Shown here piece after piece: positions 1 through 13,109 of a stretch of DNA of 64,000 bases. The stretch lies in assembly GCF_018977255.1 (NCBI RefSeq), contig NW_024704742.1:33358001-33422000 (forward strand), given 5' to 3'. The notes beneath the pieces were generated by a model, which saw nothing but the letters and a program-made list of their open reading frames with translations, searched no databases and had not been told where the DNA came from. Each line of letters opens with the position of its first letter. Position 1 is the stretch's first letter. Both the position numbers and the translations under genes were made by a program. This DNA comes from Callorhinchus milii. Lineage: Eukaryota.

Positions 1-430
1 AAATGATGATCAAAGGCATGGTCAAAGAGGAAAGTCTTGAGATGGACCTTGAAGAAAGTAAGGGAAGGGGGACTGTATCCCCGAAAGGGCTCGGAATCTT
101 GGAGGGGAGGGGGCGCTAGGGAGCCAGTCATGGGAGTGCTTGGGAAACTTCCAAATTTTTCATATAGCCAGTCCACCTCTGATGTTGACACACAAGGGGT
201 CAGGGACATATAGCAGGATGTCTTAGCTGAGCAGAGGGGCGGGGAGAGAAATGGGGGTACAAGCAGATCAAAGTGATAGGGAGGTGCTAGGGCATGAAAG
301 AATTTGTATGCGAGAGTGAGGATCTTGAAGTTGATCATTCTGGAGATGGGGAGACAGTGGAAACTGGTGAGGATTCAGGCGATGGGCACGTGGAGTTTGG
401 TGCAGGTGAGGATATTGGCAGTGGAATTTT
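1..430 (-). mobile_element. L2-clade LINE 3' fragment (degenerate)
   Basis: Reverse complement resembles the L2 3' region seen on the plus strand at 20100-20480 (LHWLP...IDFKI-type segment, 'ttcaaggtccatctcaagactttcctctttgaccatgccttt'). Confidence 0.75.
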
Positions 431-687
431 GTGGTGGTGGAAGCTAGGGCACTAGACTCATTTAAAAAGCAGAGATTGGATGGGCTGAAGTGCCTTCTTC
501 ATCCAGACCAATCTTGTGATCCCATGTGCTAACTGAATGTTGTAGATGGTGGAACTGGGGAGACAGGTGAGGAGTGTAGTCTGCTGATGTTGTAGCCTCT
601 TCTGAAGCATGAATGATGGGTCTCCCAAAATACAAACTTAAATAAACCTGACTATCCTGTAAACTTAGTTGGCGAGCAAACCTACCT

Positions 688-860
688 GGGTCCAGATTTA
701 CTCTAGTAATGCAGCATTTTAGAGAATGCAGAATTTGGCAAATTGTTGAATACAGTCTTAACTTTGAAGTCGTGTTTTCGTAGTTCTTTAAAAATTCTTT
801 GGAAAAACATCTTCAAAATTAAGGCTGAGTTTAAGAATTAGCTCAAATCTGAATCCTTTA
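688..860. mobile_element. Palindromic MITE-like element (same family as 2505-2697 and 27090-27240)
   Basis: Imperfect foldback: 'ttggcaaattgttgaatacagtcttaactttgaag ... cttcaaaattaaggctgagtttaagaattagctcaa'. Related copies occur elsewhere in the window. Confidence 0.55.
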
Positions 861-861
861 A

Positions 862-1258
862 AATAATCATACAATTGATACAACACCTGTCATGTCAGGA
901 GAACTTCTCAAAGTGCTTCACAGGATATACTGTAAAGTCCAGGGACTCAGCATCCAATTTGCACACAACAATGTCTACAAACAGCAATGTAATGAATAAC
1001 CAATTTTATTTGGGGGGATTGCTGGCCAGGACACTGGAAGAAACTCCCTTCTCTTTTTGAATAGTGCCATGGGATCGCAGATGGTACCTCAATTTAACGT
1101 CTTATCTGAAAGATGGAACCTCCAACAATATCGCACTGCATTGGAGTGCTTGCTTAGACTATATGAATTCATAGTCTTGACATGAGGCTTGAATCTACAA
1201 CCTTCTGGCTCAATAGGTGAGAATGCAGAATGCAAATTCTGTTGCTATCAACTGACAC
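862..1258 (-). mobile_element. Deu-domain-type tRNA-derived SINE with L2-like tail
   Basis: Reverse-complement similarity to the full-length copy at 52173-52630 (atagtgccatgggatc, ggccaggacac, aaagtgcttcacagg). Confidence 0.8.
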
Positions 1259-2504
1259 ACTAAATACTAAATACTCAATAGAGTAAATTTAGGTCCAATG
1301 GAATATTTCTTCAATGATTTTGCAAAGATTACTAAGTACATTGCCCAGAGAATTGAGTCTGTACTCTGACAATTTGCAGAATTACTTCAGTGAATTGATT
1401 GTATTTGGCCAGCACTCTGCTCTTCGCAAAGAATATTGATTTGGAACCCACAAATAGAATCTACAATTAAAGTAATCACATTTTGCATTTTCAGTTTATC
1501 AAACAATATACATTTCAAAACTAATGAGCTAAATGTATAATTTAAACATGATGTTCAAACCCAATAATGGAAATTAATTTGTTCCAGGCTAACAGTTCTG
1601 CAAATGAAGCAGCATCTGAATCAAATGTGTTCTTAGTCCCACCAGCACAGTCAACTGAAAGGTGTCTTTATGGAGAATAAAAAGAGTTGATAAGAGTTGA
1701 GTTGGTATTTCAATTTCTCCTTCGCTTGTTAAAATCAGGATTCCCACCATGCACAGCGACCTGAATTCATAAGACAATATTTATGTAAGCAAATGTCTCA
1801 ACTGCACTTAACAACTGAGTGATAGGCACCAAACAAGAAGTGGGAGTCAGTTAGAGGTCACTGAAAGCACTGCCAACTTGATAAAGAGACACAACTTTAG
1901 AACAATCTTGAAAACAGAAAAGAAAGGTAGCAAGGATACACAATTTTGAAAAAAAAGTTTCATACATCAGGGGACAGAGGCATTAAATAATACAGGGCCA
2001 AAAGTCTAAATCAAATTGACAGTTTAAATTGACAACAGTGTTTTAGGTTCCTAACTTCCTATTAATGAACACATCAAAATGTCACCTGAGGCAAAGCAAG
2101 AGTTTAACTTCTGAGCAGTTTGCTGATTAAAACACTAAATACGTTAGCATTGCACCGAGCAGCAAAAGTGGCATTTTGCACCTCGGTGCAAGTTCAAAAC
2201 ACAGAATTCTTAAAAAATCAAAAATTGGGCATCTTTATTTAAAAAAGGACAAATGAACAAGGCTCAACATCAGCACCCCATTCAAAAATCAAAACGGTAC
2301 AAGATTTTATCATTTGATTTAACATCAATATTATTTAATATCATTGCTTCTATAACCACAGCATTCAATTGTGAATACTGTACTATCAAACATCATTGGG
2401 GAAGTGGTTTGGATTGGTTTAAATGAGATTAAAGGAGATTATTTGTTTGGAGACAGAAACATTTTAATGCAAACATTTTTAATGCTAAGTACTTTCCCAA
2501 TATA

Positions 2505-2697
2505 GGGGCAGATTTGTTCTATTTATGCAGCAATTTAGGGCATCCAGAACTTGCCAAATTGTTGAATTCAGTCTTATCCTTTAAGTAAATTTTCTGAAAG
2601 TCAATTTAAAGAAAATTCACTTCAAAATTAAGGCTGTATTTAACAATTTGCAAATTCTGCATGTGTTGAAATACAACATAAATTGAGTAAATTGCAA
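2505..2697. mobile_element. Palindromic MITE-like element
   Basis: ~190-bp foldback starting 'ggggcagattt', with arms 'caaattgttgaattcagtctta / taaggctgtatttaacaatttg'. Confidence 0.6.
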
Positions 2698-2769
2698 GGA
2701 AGAATCATATTTTCTTGTCATGTAGCTTCTGAAGACCCATCAAGCAGAAGAGATCAAGCTCTCTGATGC

Positions 2770-3050
2770 AGTATCTAGTGTTGATCTGAGCCAAGAATGT
2801 GCCAGGCTTAATCCTCTGTCTGTGCTAAAATAGCGGATCTCAGACCCTTAGTCTAGGAAGGAAAAAATAAGACGAGGCTCTCACTCCTGTTCACTATTCA
2901 GTGTCCCCTGTTGGTAAGTGAATGTAGAAGCATTGAGTGAAAGGAAGGATGGGTTTGGTTGCAATGCCTTCCACCAGTTGCGTGACCTGACACTTATCTA
3001 AGCTCTCATGTGAATATATCGGAGGGAGAGCGTAGCATGGTTGTGGATAA
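2770..3050 (+). mobile_element. Old SINE-like family 3 (other copies near 10905-11180, 28570-28960, 29880-30200, 33890-34590, 55790-55960)
   Basis: Shared motifs between copies: 'tctgtgctgagtt...gatctcag', 'gggtttggttg(c/t)gatgcc' and 'catg(t)gaa(g)aat'. Confidence 0.55.
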
Positions 3051-3629
3051 TGAGAGGACAAATGAAAATAGGAAGTTTTTTTCTAAATAGAAAACATTCC
3101 TTTGTTGACATACATGATGAGTTAGTCATTGGGCCCAATCCAGGAGCTCCAAAATGATCTAAAAAATGTAACACCTACTGGATCTTAGAAGTTAGGGAAA
3201 CAATCTCACTCAAATCTCACAGTGTGAAGTATAACTGATGGATTCTAAACACAGCTTAACAGAAACCTGCAAATGGCACTGTTAAAGACAGCCATGGAAA
3301 ATGAATTGAGCCCAGATCATTGATCCATTGCTTTCAAATAAGAATTCTTATTATTTAACACTGGGAGCTTTAAATAACCCAACTTTACCATTAAAATAGA
3401 AAAAACAAATCAATATTGCTCAGAATCAACAGTGTTTCATTTTTAGCAGAAATAGTTACTTGGTCAGAAACATCAACTGTTAGATGGGAAAATTCAACAT
3501 TTTGCCTGAAAGGAAATTAATCATTGGCTGCATTGCAGTAAGAGCATTGGCTTCAACAGTAAGCTTTAACTATCAATCAGACCAGATCTAAAAGTATGTT
3601 TTAAAAGAGGAAATTATAACATTTCCCCC

Positions 3630-4920
3630 AAGTAAAGGATGTGGATGTTGTAGATCTGGATTTCAGTAAGGTTTTTGATAAAGTTCCTTTTGAGAAGCTG
3701 ATACTGAAAGTAAAAAAGAGCGGGAATCAGTGGAGGTATATTACGATGGATACACAATTGGTTGCCCAGAAAAACACAGAAGGTGGTGGTACAGGTGGTG
3801 CCATCAGACTGGAATAATGTTACCAGTGGAGTTCCACAAGAATCTGGTGTGTTTAATATTTATTTATATTAATATTTAATAATCTTTTGTTTAATATGTT
3901 TAATATGTTTAAATTGGGTTTGTTCACGCTGAAAAACAGATGATTGAGAGGTGACATGATTGATGTCTTTAAAATGATCTGAAACTAGAAATTCACAAGC
4001 ACAGTTGCTAAGTTTGCAGATGACACCAAGCTAATGAAGGTGGCAGATGGCGAAACTGAATAAAATAGATTAAGGAGGATTTGAACATACTTGGGAATTG
4101 GGCAGATCGCTGGCAGATGAAATTCAATGTGGAGAAATGTGAAGTATTTCACATGGGAATAAAAAATCCTAGAAGGGACTATTATTTGAACGGAAGGACA
4201 ATAATAGCTATGATAAATGAAAAGGACCTGGGTGTCCTGATTGACATTAAATTAAAGCTCTTTTAACAACGCTCTGTGGCAGTGAGTAAAGCAAACCAGA
4301 TGTTGGGATGTATCAAAAGATCAATAGCAAGCCAAAATAGTGGGGTAATCCTGCCACTGTATAAATCATTGGTGGGACCTTACTGAGTACTATGTACAGT
4401 TCTGGTCACCTCAGTACAAGAAGGATATTGGAGAAATCGAGAAGATACAGAGGAGGGCAACGAAAATGACTGAGGGAGTGGAAGGACTGGACTATGAGGA
4501 GCAACTAAGTAAATTGGGTTTGTTCACGCTGAAAAACAGAAGATTGAGAGGTGACATGATTGATGTCTTTAAAATTCTAAAGGGGCAAGACAATATAGAT
4601 CATGACAGGCTGTTTCAACTTGTCCAGAATAGTAGAACCAGAGAACACGGCCTGCGATTGAAAGGGGATAAATTCAGAACAAATCTACGCAAACACTATT
4701 TCAGTGAGCAAATAGTGAACCTGTGGAGCAGGCTCCCTATGGAGTCTGTTGAAGCAGGAAGTGTTGATTCTTTCAAACACAGATTAGGTAATTTCTTTTA
4801 GGAAATAACATTATGGGATATAGTACATAGATAGTTTGGGACATATGTGCATGAGGCCGCCAGGAAGGTGAAATAGATGGACTGTGGTCTTTTCTCCTCT
4901 AGCATTTCTTATGTTCTTAA
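3630..4920 (+). mobile_element. CR1 LINE, 5'-truncated; degenerate ORF2 reverse transcriptase C-terminal half plus 3' UTR
   Basis: Motifs VDVVxLDFSKxFDKVP, SGVPQ, KFADDTKL, WADRWQMKFNVEKC, EKDLGV, LFTLKNRRLRGDMIDVFKI; ends in a 'ttcttatgttctt' tail; stops and frameshifts present. Confidence 0.93.
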
Positions 4921-7712
4921 AGTTTCTTCTTATCATAACCCTTTACTACTTCATCGGTGAAAGTTATATTTTACTTAAAGAGATTACTAAATATTGTTTT
5001 GATGTCCAGGTAAAAAAAAAATGCTATTACACTATATCCTTTCAACATCTCTACTTTTAGCATAAAAACACTTCCCGCATCATGCAGCTGTTGAACCACC
5101 AGCATTGTACATGTCACTGCACAGAGCAGTTGTCGGTCTCATTCCCTAACATTGGTATGTGAACTCTCCATGTGAACCTGAGTTCCCAATTAGCTGCAAG
5201 TTCTTATCGGAAAGGTTTCAGAACTGTTAAGTCAACTCTATTTATGGCAGCAATTACAACACTGAGGGTAAAGGTTTGGTTCGAAAGCAGTGCTCTGCTC
5301 AATTTACCCAGATACTATGAAAACAGTGCCTATTCTCCTAACTTCAATTAGATCCATCTCTTTTCCCTCTGGACAGTAATGATGCTATTGGACACCTGTT
5401 GGTTTTCGATAGCCATGGTTTCACTGAACCCTGTACAATTTATAGCTCAAAATGTTAATTTGATGTCTCTTTCAGGTGCCACCATTTGATTGATTGTGGC
5501 AGGTCTACTCTTGTAGCTTCCAAGGAGATTGGCTGTTAAACTTGCCAATGAAACAACTCTAATCCAAAAGCCATCGGGAGGCAACTGGGTGGCACAAATG
5601 GAGAATGTTCCTCCTCAATAGACTGACTCATCAGTGCTATCGGTCATCTGATTGAAAATGTCTAAATATCTAATTACAGTTACATTTTCCCTTCCAGTCA
5701 CAGGGTACAGAAAGTACTGCTGTATTCAAAGACTCCACAGTCCCAAGTACTATTGATCTATGAAACTATTAAATATGCTATCTAGATTGTATGTATTAAA
5801 ACGTTAGTCAGCACTTCATGGCAAGATTATTTTACAGTCTTTAATATCTCTTATAACAGACCAGGATTGGCAGACTGGCTTCTCTCCCAGTCAGTCAATG
5901 TGGCTCAGCTACTTACGAGTTGAATTCACTAAGGCACTGAGTTATTTCACCTTTCTCTTTTAACACACTTCAATCCAACTGCAGTTTTATGCTAAAATAT
6001 CAAAAGAGGACAATACTGCTTTAATATTAGGTAGCAGATTATTACAACATTTTGGTAAGTCATTTTTATTTCTCATTAATTTTTTTGCCTTTCTTCCATT
6101 CTACTGGCTCTGAGTTTTGTGCAGGATCCGATTGGGCATCAGAGTCAGGTCTAAACCTTTCCGCTTTTACCTGTCCAAACACATGCATTCAACAGAAAGG
6201 TTTTCTCCAAAGAGATCAGAGCGGGAACTCGGTTTGCTTTTCCTTTCCCTGAATTCAGAGCGCTGAAGCCAGCTGTAGTCCTCCCTGGTTGAGGTCAGTT
6301 ACCTCACAGACTGGAACTTTAATCTCTAAATTGTGTCTATAGGTCAGCTGCTCAAGGGACAAGCTTTCTGAGCTATGAGATCAGTGGTGGTAAGCTATTT
6401 TTACACTCTCTCCCCCTTTCTAAGTTTCTGTGTTCTGCACAATTCCACAAAGAAACCAATTTTAATGAGACCAAAGCAATGACTCAGTCTGATCACAAAC
6501 CCTCAATTGGTTGAGAATATCACGCAGATTAAAAGGTTTTTCAATATTGTCCAATGTTACGCTTCAATAGCCATTTCGACATTCTGATTGTTAAAAAAAT
6601 CACTGTTAACCTCCCATGGCAAACACTAGCGTGTGCATTGCCATGGTTTACAGTTTCAAGGATTTAACTAGAAACAGATTCCCAATAAAACCCAAACGCT
6701 TATCTTAGCAATGTTGTTTTCCTTCAGCTCGTGTTAAGCTTCCAGAATCCATATTGGTCTTCAAGAGGGAACTAGACAAATACTTCAATAATAGTCAGTT
6801 ACAGGGTAGATAAATAGGACTGAAAGGATTGCTCTTGAGGGAGACAGCTCAGACACGATGGGCTGAATGACTTTATTCTGTGCCGTATATTTCTACAGTT
6901 CTGTGCTTTTTTCTAAGTCTTGTAATAAAGACACAACACCAGATTGAGGTCTCTTTGTGTGAAAAAGAATTAAAATATGCTCCATAGCTCCATTCTGAAT
7001 AAAAGGCCTGTTTTCATTTAAATAAAAAGTGAGGTTAATTAAAGCTGCTGCAGGCTATTAAATTCACTCTTTTAGCTTTAATCAACTTCACTTTTGGCTT
7101 TCTTCTGTGCTGTACATTTCTATGGTTCTACTGTAGCCTGTTTTAAATGCTTGACCTTTTACTGAGAAACAGAGATTAGGTTGGGATTAGCTCCAGCAAA
7201 TTGAAGACACTAAAGAGAAATGTTAATGCTGAGCCATGTCTCAAAACTCTTTATCTGTTCGTAGCCAGTTTGATTTCTGCTACTCAGCTCCCTAAACCAG
7301 CCCTAGTAGGCCAAATCCCAACAAGAAATTAGCAACAGTTACATTCACAGCAGGTAGCAATGCAAAGAAACTTTTTAAAACATCCAGCAAGCATTTTCAA
7401 ATGCCATACAATGAGAAAGCCTCAGGAGTCAGCAAGTTATTTTCTGCAGTGATTGATAGCTCTTGTGACAGAAAGTTGGGAATATATCTTAGTGCCAACA
7501 TTCCAGGCTTCATCTGAACGTCAGGATAGGTTTGTTCTAGGTCAGCACTCAGAGAAAGCTCGCACAGCTTCAAGTGCTAATTTAACAAACATTTCAGGGA
7601 TGCAACAATCAAAAATCATAACAGTACCCACATTCATGCTGATAATCCTGATGTCATTTTAACTGCTGTTAAATCAAAGTTAGCTATCATCTTCATGGTC
7701 AATCTCCACATA

Positions 7713-7930
7713 CAACTTGCATTTATATAGAGCCCTTCATGCAGGATAGCATCTCGAAGTGCTGTAAAGTGGGGTGACTGTGTGTTTTGTGGATGAACTC
7801 ACAGCCAATTTGCCCTGTCACAGCAATGTCCTACTTACAGCCATGAAACGAATGACCAATTTTATTTGGCGGATTATTGGCCAGGATACCGGAAGAAACT
7901 TTCCTTTTCGCCTATTGGCATGGAATCTTT
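7713..7930 (-). mobile_element. Deu-domain SINE 3' half
   Basis: Similar to the reverse complement of 52370-52610. Confidence 0.7.
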
Positions 7931-8638
7931 AGGATTCTTACCTCTAGGATCTGCTTCAAATCCAGTTGAAACTGATAGGATAGAATTTTAACAAAAATCA
8001 TACTCACAATACACAACTCTGCTGACACTAAATCAATACTTACTCATAGAGACCAAATGATTTTTGCCTTGACAGCTGAGAATTGTCACACTGATTCCAC
8101 TTACTTAGGTTCGAGTGAAGGTCCGTGGATGGAGCAGAGTACAGGGAGCTTTATTTTGTATCCAACCAAACTATTCCTGATTTAAGAGTGCTTAATTATG
8201 ATAATATATGTCCAGAATGAGGAAATAAACATAAAATATTTTTATTTTCTGCAAAAACTATTCTTGTTTCAGTTTTTGTTTTTTTAAAATCCCCAAAACG
8301 CCCAGTGGAAGTAAAGTTTCAATTTTAATCTGACAAAAATAAAATGTAAAAATAATAAATCCGTACAGGTGATGCGAGATGAAAGCAGTTGTATCCTGCT
8401 CGATTTCCTAATTTGCGTATGGCAAATGTTTAAACGATCATCAGGTTTACTGAATGTTCTGAACCCAAATATGAGTGTGATGTATTGACTGAAGAAAACA
8501 TGATGTTTCATTTTAACAGGGGATTTGACAGGATCTGAAAGGAAAAGTCACAGCCAAAGTGGGAAAGAATTTCTGTTACGGTTTTATCTGTTTGGGGTAG
8601 AAGCCATGCCAGTGCGCTGATGTGTATCAAGTACTCGC

Positions 8639-8737
8639 CTGTGACTGCGCATTGATGTTGGCTGCCTGCTTCACTAGTGTTTTCACCACTTCACCTTGAC
8701 CCGCCAGGGATGCGATGTGTAGGGCTGAGTTTCCCTT
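8639..8737 (-). CDS. ANK2: Ankyrin-B internal coding exon (ankyrin repeat) [33 protein letters not shown]
   Basis: 99 nt, phase 0/0, acceptor tgtgtttaacag, donor CAG|gcgagt. Closely matches the recalled human ANK2 segment [33 protein letters not shown]. Confidence 0.93.
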
Positions 8738-11700
8738 CTGTTAAACACAAAAAAATCATAACTATTATCCAGAAAGCTTCCACAGTCCACCTCCAAGAGA
8801 CGAAGAGAAAATCTCAGTGAAAATTACAACTTAAAAGAGAAATGTTTAAAAAAACATTCAGGAGAGTTTCTATCAATTCTCAGTAGAGGCCTGTATAACC
8901 AATTGAATTACTATAGCAACACTGTATTGTAATGTCCTATCCTCTATTAGACTGTACTATCCTATATTTGCCTATATAACAACATTCTGATAAACTGGGC
9001 CAAATGGCCTGTTTCCATGCCATTCTATGTAATTCACTCCCGTTTGTAATCAATTATATTTTTAAAGCGCTTCAAGACATTTAGTTTACACGAAAGGGGT
9101 TAAATAAATACTATCCTACATTGTATCCTACACTGTCGTGTAATGTAGTGTACTATCCAGAAAACAGAAGGCCACCTAGTTTGCTATCTATCACTCTTTT
9201 GCTTGTAAATACACTGTTTGGATGATAGGCGTTTGGGATTATTTTTGTGAAATTTCAGCATCGATGACCATATATCAGAGAACAGCAAGCACAAATAATG
9301 GATGATTTAGAAAGTGCATAAGAAAAATCAAAGTACCATTCAATTTCCAGAGTTCACTCGTTCTGATAATTATTTTGTAAAGTTTTACAGAAAATCCACC
9401 TGCTGAATGTCTTTATCCCAGTTCAGTCCAGATACCCAGATACTGGCGAAATTATAGAACTTCATTATGGAGAGATGGAGAGTTAGAGCAAGAAGGGATG
9501 AACAGATTGTAGGCAGAAATTATTGTATACAGAATGTATCCATTCCTACCCCCTTATCTCAAACTCATTCATGCAAACATCCCTCTTATACTGACAAAAA
9601 AGTGAAGTTCCAGTCCCTTTTCTGCACATCAATACTAAAAACATACCGTTTAGGTTCACATAAACTCCAGAACACTGACGTCAACATATTGTTTAGGTCC
9701 CTAACAGTATTAAAGGCCTTGTTTTATTACCACTTATATCGACAATGTACTCTTAAATGACTATTTTTGACTTACATGAATATATTTGTAAATAAGCTAA
9801 TGCTTTTTTTATAAATTAGGTAACAAAATTACATGTAAATAAATGGTTCAGGTATTTTAATTAAATGTATGACTATTTATAAAAATAAATCAATGAAAAT
9901 ACATTTAAATACATGGAACACAAATTTTAAGCACAGAATACCTATTGTCCACGACAAACCCCTTCTGTCAACAAACCTCGAATGGTCCCTGACATGTCGA
10001 CATAAGTGGGGTAGGACTGTAGTTGTTTGAAATAGTTATAACACTATCAGAGGCCTGGGAGAAACTATCCTGAATTCTCTCAAGATTGGTGCATGGGATG
10101 GGCTTAAGGAGGAGAAAATAATGGTGAGGCAGGAAGAAGATGCTACAGAAATATAGCAGCAGAAGCACAAGATCAATAAATGAAAGAGTAACATATTTAT
10201 AAATTGTACAGTAGCGATCAAAGTAACAAGGCTTGGCTGATAAAATGGAACCCTGCTGGTTCTGAGATAAAATATCTGAAAGGGCAGCACATGAATCACA
10301 GCCAAATAGAGATGGTCCTTCGCAAAATGTCTAAATTAATCCCTGTTGCCCTGCACTTGGTTCAAAAGAAATTCAAATATGATTTGCTTCAACAAATATA
10401 CACTGTATTATGGTAATGTTACATGACTCTGCAAGCATCTTTCTCTTTAAATGATATAAATATTCTGGCTTGCAAGCAAAATTACAGCTAGGTCAGGTGC
10501 TTGAAACATTTTCTGAAAAGCTGTGAAAAACTGAGACAATAAATTGCATAAAAGGGTATTTGGTGGAAATTAGGTTGTTCTTTCCATTGGAAGAAACTGA
10601 GCAGGATTTCTATATAACAGTACTGGAGTTTGGAGATAAAGAAAGGTGATTTAACAGCTAGGTGGTAACATTTGGGAGAGAGGGAGAAGGGAATAGAAGG
10701 GAGTAAGCAGTGGGTGGAGTATGAACTCATGTGGGGTTTGAACACTGAAACCAACAAGTTGGTTGTTTCCGTGCTGTACAGTCTATGTAAATCTATATAA
10801 ATTTTTACTTGTACTATAACTTAAGCTACCATGTTTCACTTCCAAAACTTGAAAGGCAAAACGATTCTTCTATAAACACCAATATGGTTGTTGGTTTGCA
10901 TGGCTCCCCAATGGCTCTGTGATGATCCACACATGCCAGAAAGGTCTCAGGTTCTATTCCCGTTCTGTGCTGAGTTACCTGATCTCAGCCCAAATTGTAG
11001 CAAGCATTTAACAACTGGCTTCAGTTTCCCCCTCCCCTGGATTAAGGAGGGGGAAAACAGCAAATCCCCTTCTACCAAATAATCTGCTGACGCTCATTGT
11101 CAAGGCTGACACTTGAATACACTCATTTGGGTGGGGATAGTAATTTGTGCCCATAGAACCATAATTCAGTAAAAGGAAAAGAAGGACTAAATTGCTTACT
11201 GAAGCACAGAACTTCATTCTCTGTATTAACTACAATGGCAGCAGCAACGGTAGGACATGAGGTCAGCTTCTTATTCCTCATATCGCAAGTTTCTGATCTC
11301 ATTGTGTTAGCATCTACTGTAGGCTCCTGCCCTGGAATTTAATCACTGTGACCAGGGTGGAGTTTGCATACCATATCAGAATAATACTGTATGTGTGATA
11401 ACCATGTTATGCATAGGTGTGACTGAGTGTGAGCAAAGCAGTTTTACATATGGGGCATCTATTTCTGTGGAGCAGCTCATCTTATTCTTCGGGGCTCTTG
11501 CTCTTGAGAACATACCCACAAATGATTACATGAATCAGCGTCCAGGTGATTTTCTCCATTTTCAAGCAGTGCTGGAGGGAGCCACTGCCAAGATTCACAA
11601 AAGTGTTCTACACGTCACTGGTAGCTGAACAATATGACGATCACAGTATATAGAGGGCACTTAAATATAGAGAGAGATTTGTTTGGCGATACAATGTGAC

Positions 11701-12164
11701 AGTACAGTGGATTGATACTCCAGTGCTTCAAGTGGTAGAGTAAGAGAAGTAAGAGATTGTAGCTCAGATCTTCCTCATCACTGTGATCTCTGTAATTCCA
11801 TGAGAACAGATCCCAAGTAAACAACAATGCCAATTTATAAACTGGCATAAGACAAAATCAGAGGGCATGCATTCTAGCAGTTATCGTAAGAAAGGTATTG
11901 GTAGAGCCCTGGAAGTAAGTTAATTGCTTAGATAGGGGCTGGCACACAATGGTGTGGAATGGGAGAGGGAAGAGATTGGAGATAAAAATAAAACAATAAA
12001 TAACAATGGCAATCCAAGAACAAGGTAAAGTATGCTTCGAGGCAACGAGACTCATTCCAGAGTATTGTGTTGATTGGTAACCCGTTGGACACCACTGAAC
12101 GATGGAAATGCTTCTAAGTATTTACATTCTTTTGGAATATTAACCCTTTACATTTCCTTTGCAA

Positions 12165-12196
12165 TGTGAGAGTGAGGGGAGGACAGTGAGTGAGAG

Positions 12197-12231
<35 letters not shown>

Positions 12232-12320
12232 AGCGAGTGAGAGAGCGAACAGTGAGTAAGAGAGAGTGGACAGTGAGTGAGAGAGAGAACAGTGAGAGAG
12301 AGTGGGGCAGTGATTGAGAG
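12165..12320. repeat. (GA)n microsatellite / purine-rich low-complexity tract
   Basis: Pure GA run at ~12200-12228 flanked by degenerate 'cagtgagtgagagag' units. Confidence 0.9.
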
Positions 12321-12905
12321 GCGTAGAGGGGGAGCTAAACATCAACCACAACCAAGGTGGCTGCACCCTCCAGGTATCTTGAAGGCAGAAAGTCTAATTT
12401 GTGTCTGCCAGTGAAGCCAGAGGCTGCTGAAAAATCCCCCCTGGATTAACAATGATTTATAACCAATTTTGCCTTTGTGTACTTTCAGTGTGCGTCTGGC
12501 TTAGGTGATCTGCTGCTGCGTTAACATTATGTTATGGGCATGAATAAAAGATCAAATTTAGTTGACCTTTTTAAAACCTCTGATACATACACAGTCTCCA
12601 AACTTTTCATTGCTCTGTTTTAGAGCTACAGGGGAATTAAGAACAGTGATGTGCATCATTTACCAGCAACAATCACTTGGGCACATTTTGGGAAATTTTG
12701 ACAAGCCAGTACCTTCAGCACTTTAGTAGTCAATGCTTAATCCTGTTTCAGCCTATCTAAACTTGGATGTAACATTAAAAATTATTTGGAAAAAAGGCAC
12801 TATTTTTGCATTATTACATCTTCTTCAGTACTATTGTAACTGCAGCGCTCTTCAAATATGTCATCATTAAGCATGAACAGCAGGGAGTTTTCAAGGATCC
12901 ATTAC

Positions 12906-13004
12906 CTTAGTCGATGAATCAACAGTTGCACCTCTCTCCAGTAATTCTTGCACAAGGTCCACATGTCCTTCCTTGGCTGCCAGATGCAATGCATTAAGGC
13001 CATT
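12906..13004 (-). CDS. ANK2: Ankyrin-B internal coding exon (ankyrin repeat) [33 protein letters not shown]
   Basis: 99 nt, phase 0/0, acceptor tctttgttgcag, donor AAG|gtaatg. Matches recalled human ANK2 [33 protein letters not shown]. Confidence 0.95.
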
Positions 13005-13109
13005 CTGCAACAAAGAAATACAAGCACTAAGATATGACTGGATCTCAAATAATTGTCACAGGAATTTATGTAAATGCCAAGATTCTGCGCTGACTAATGT
13101 AGGGGAATT

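Noticed and set aside
1..8630. Next ANK2 exon (NGFTPLYMAAQENH...)
   Set aside because: Not found by eye; it probably lies beyond the left edge of the window.
12148..12366. 72-aa Ser/Leu-rich ORF
   Set aside because: Artefact of the (GA)n microsatellite.
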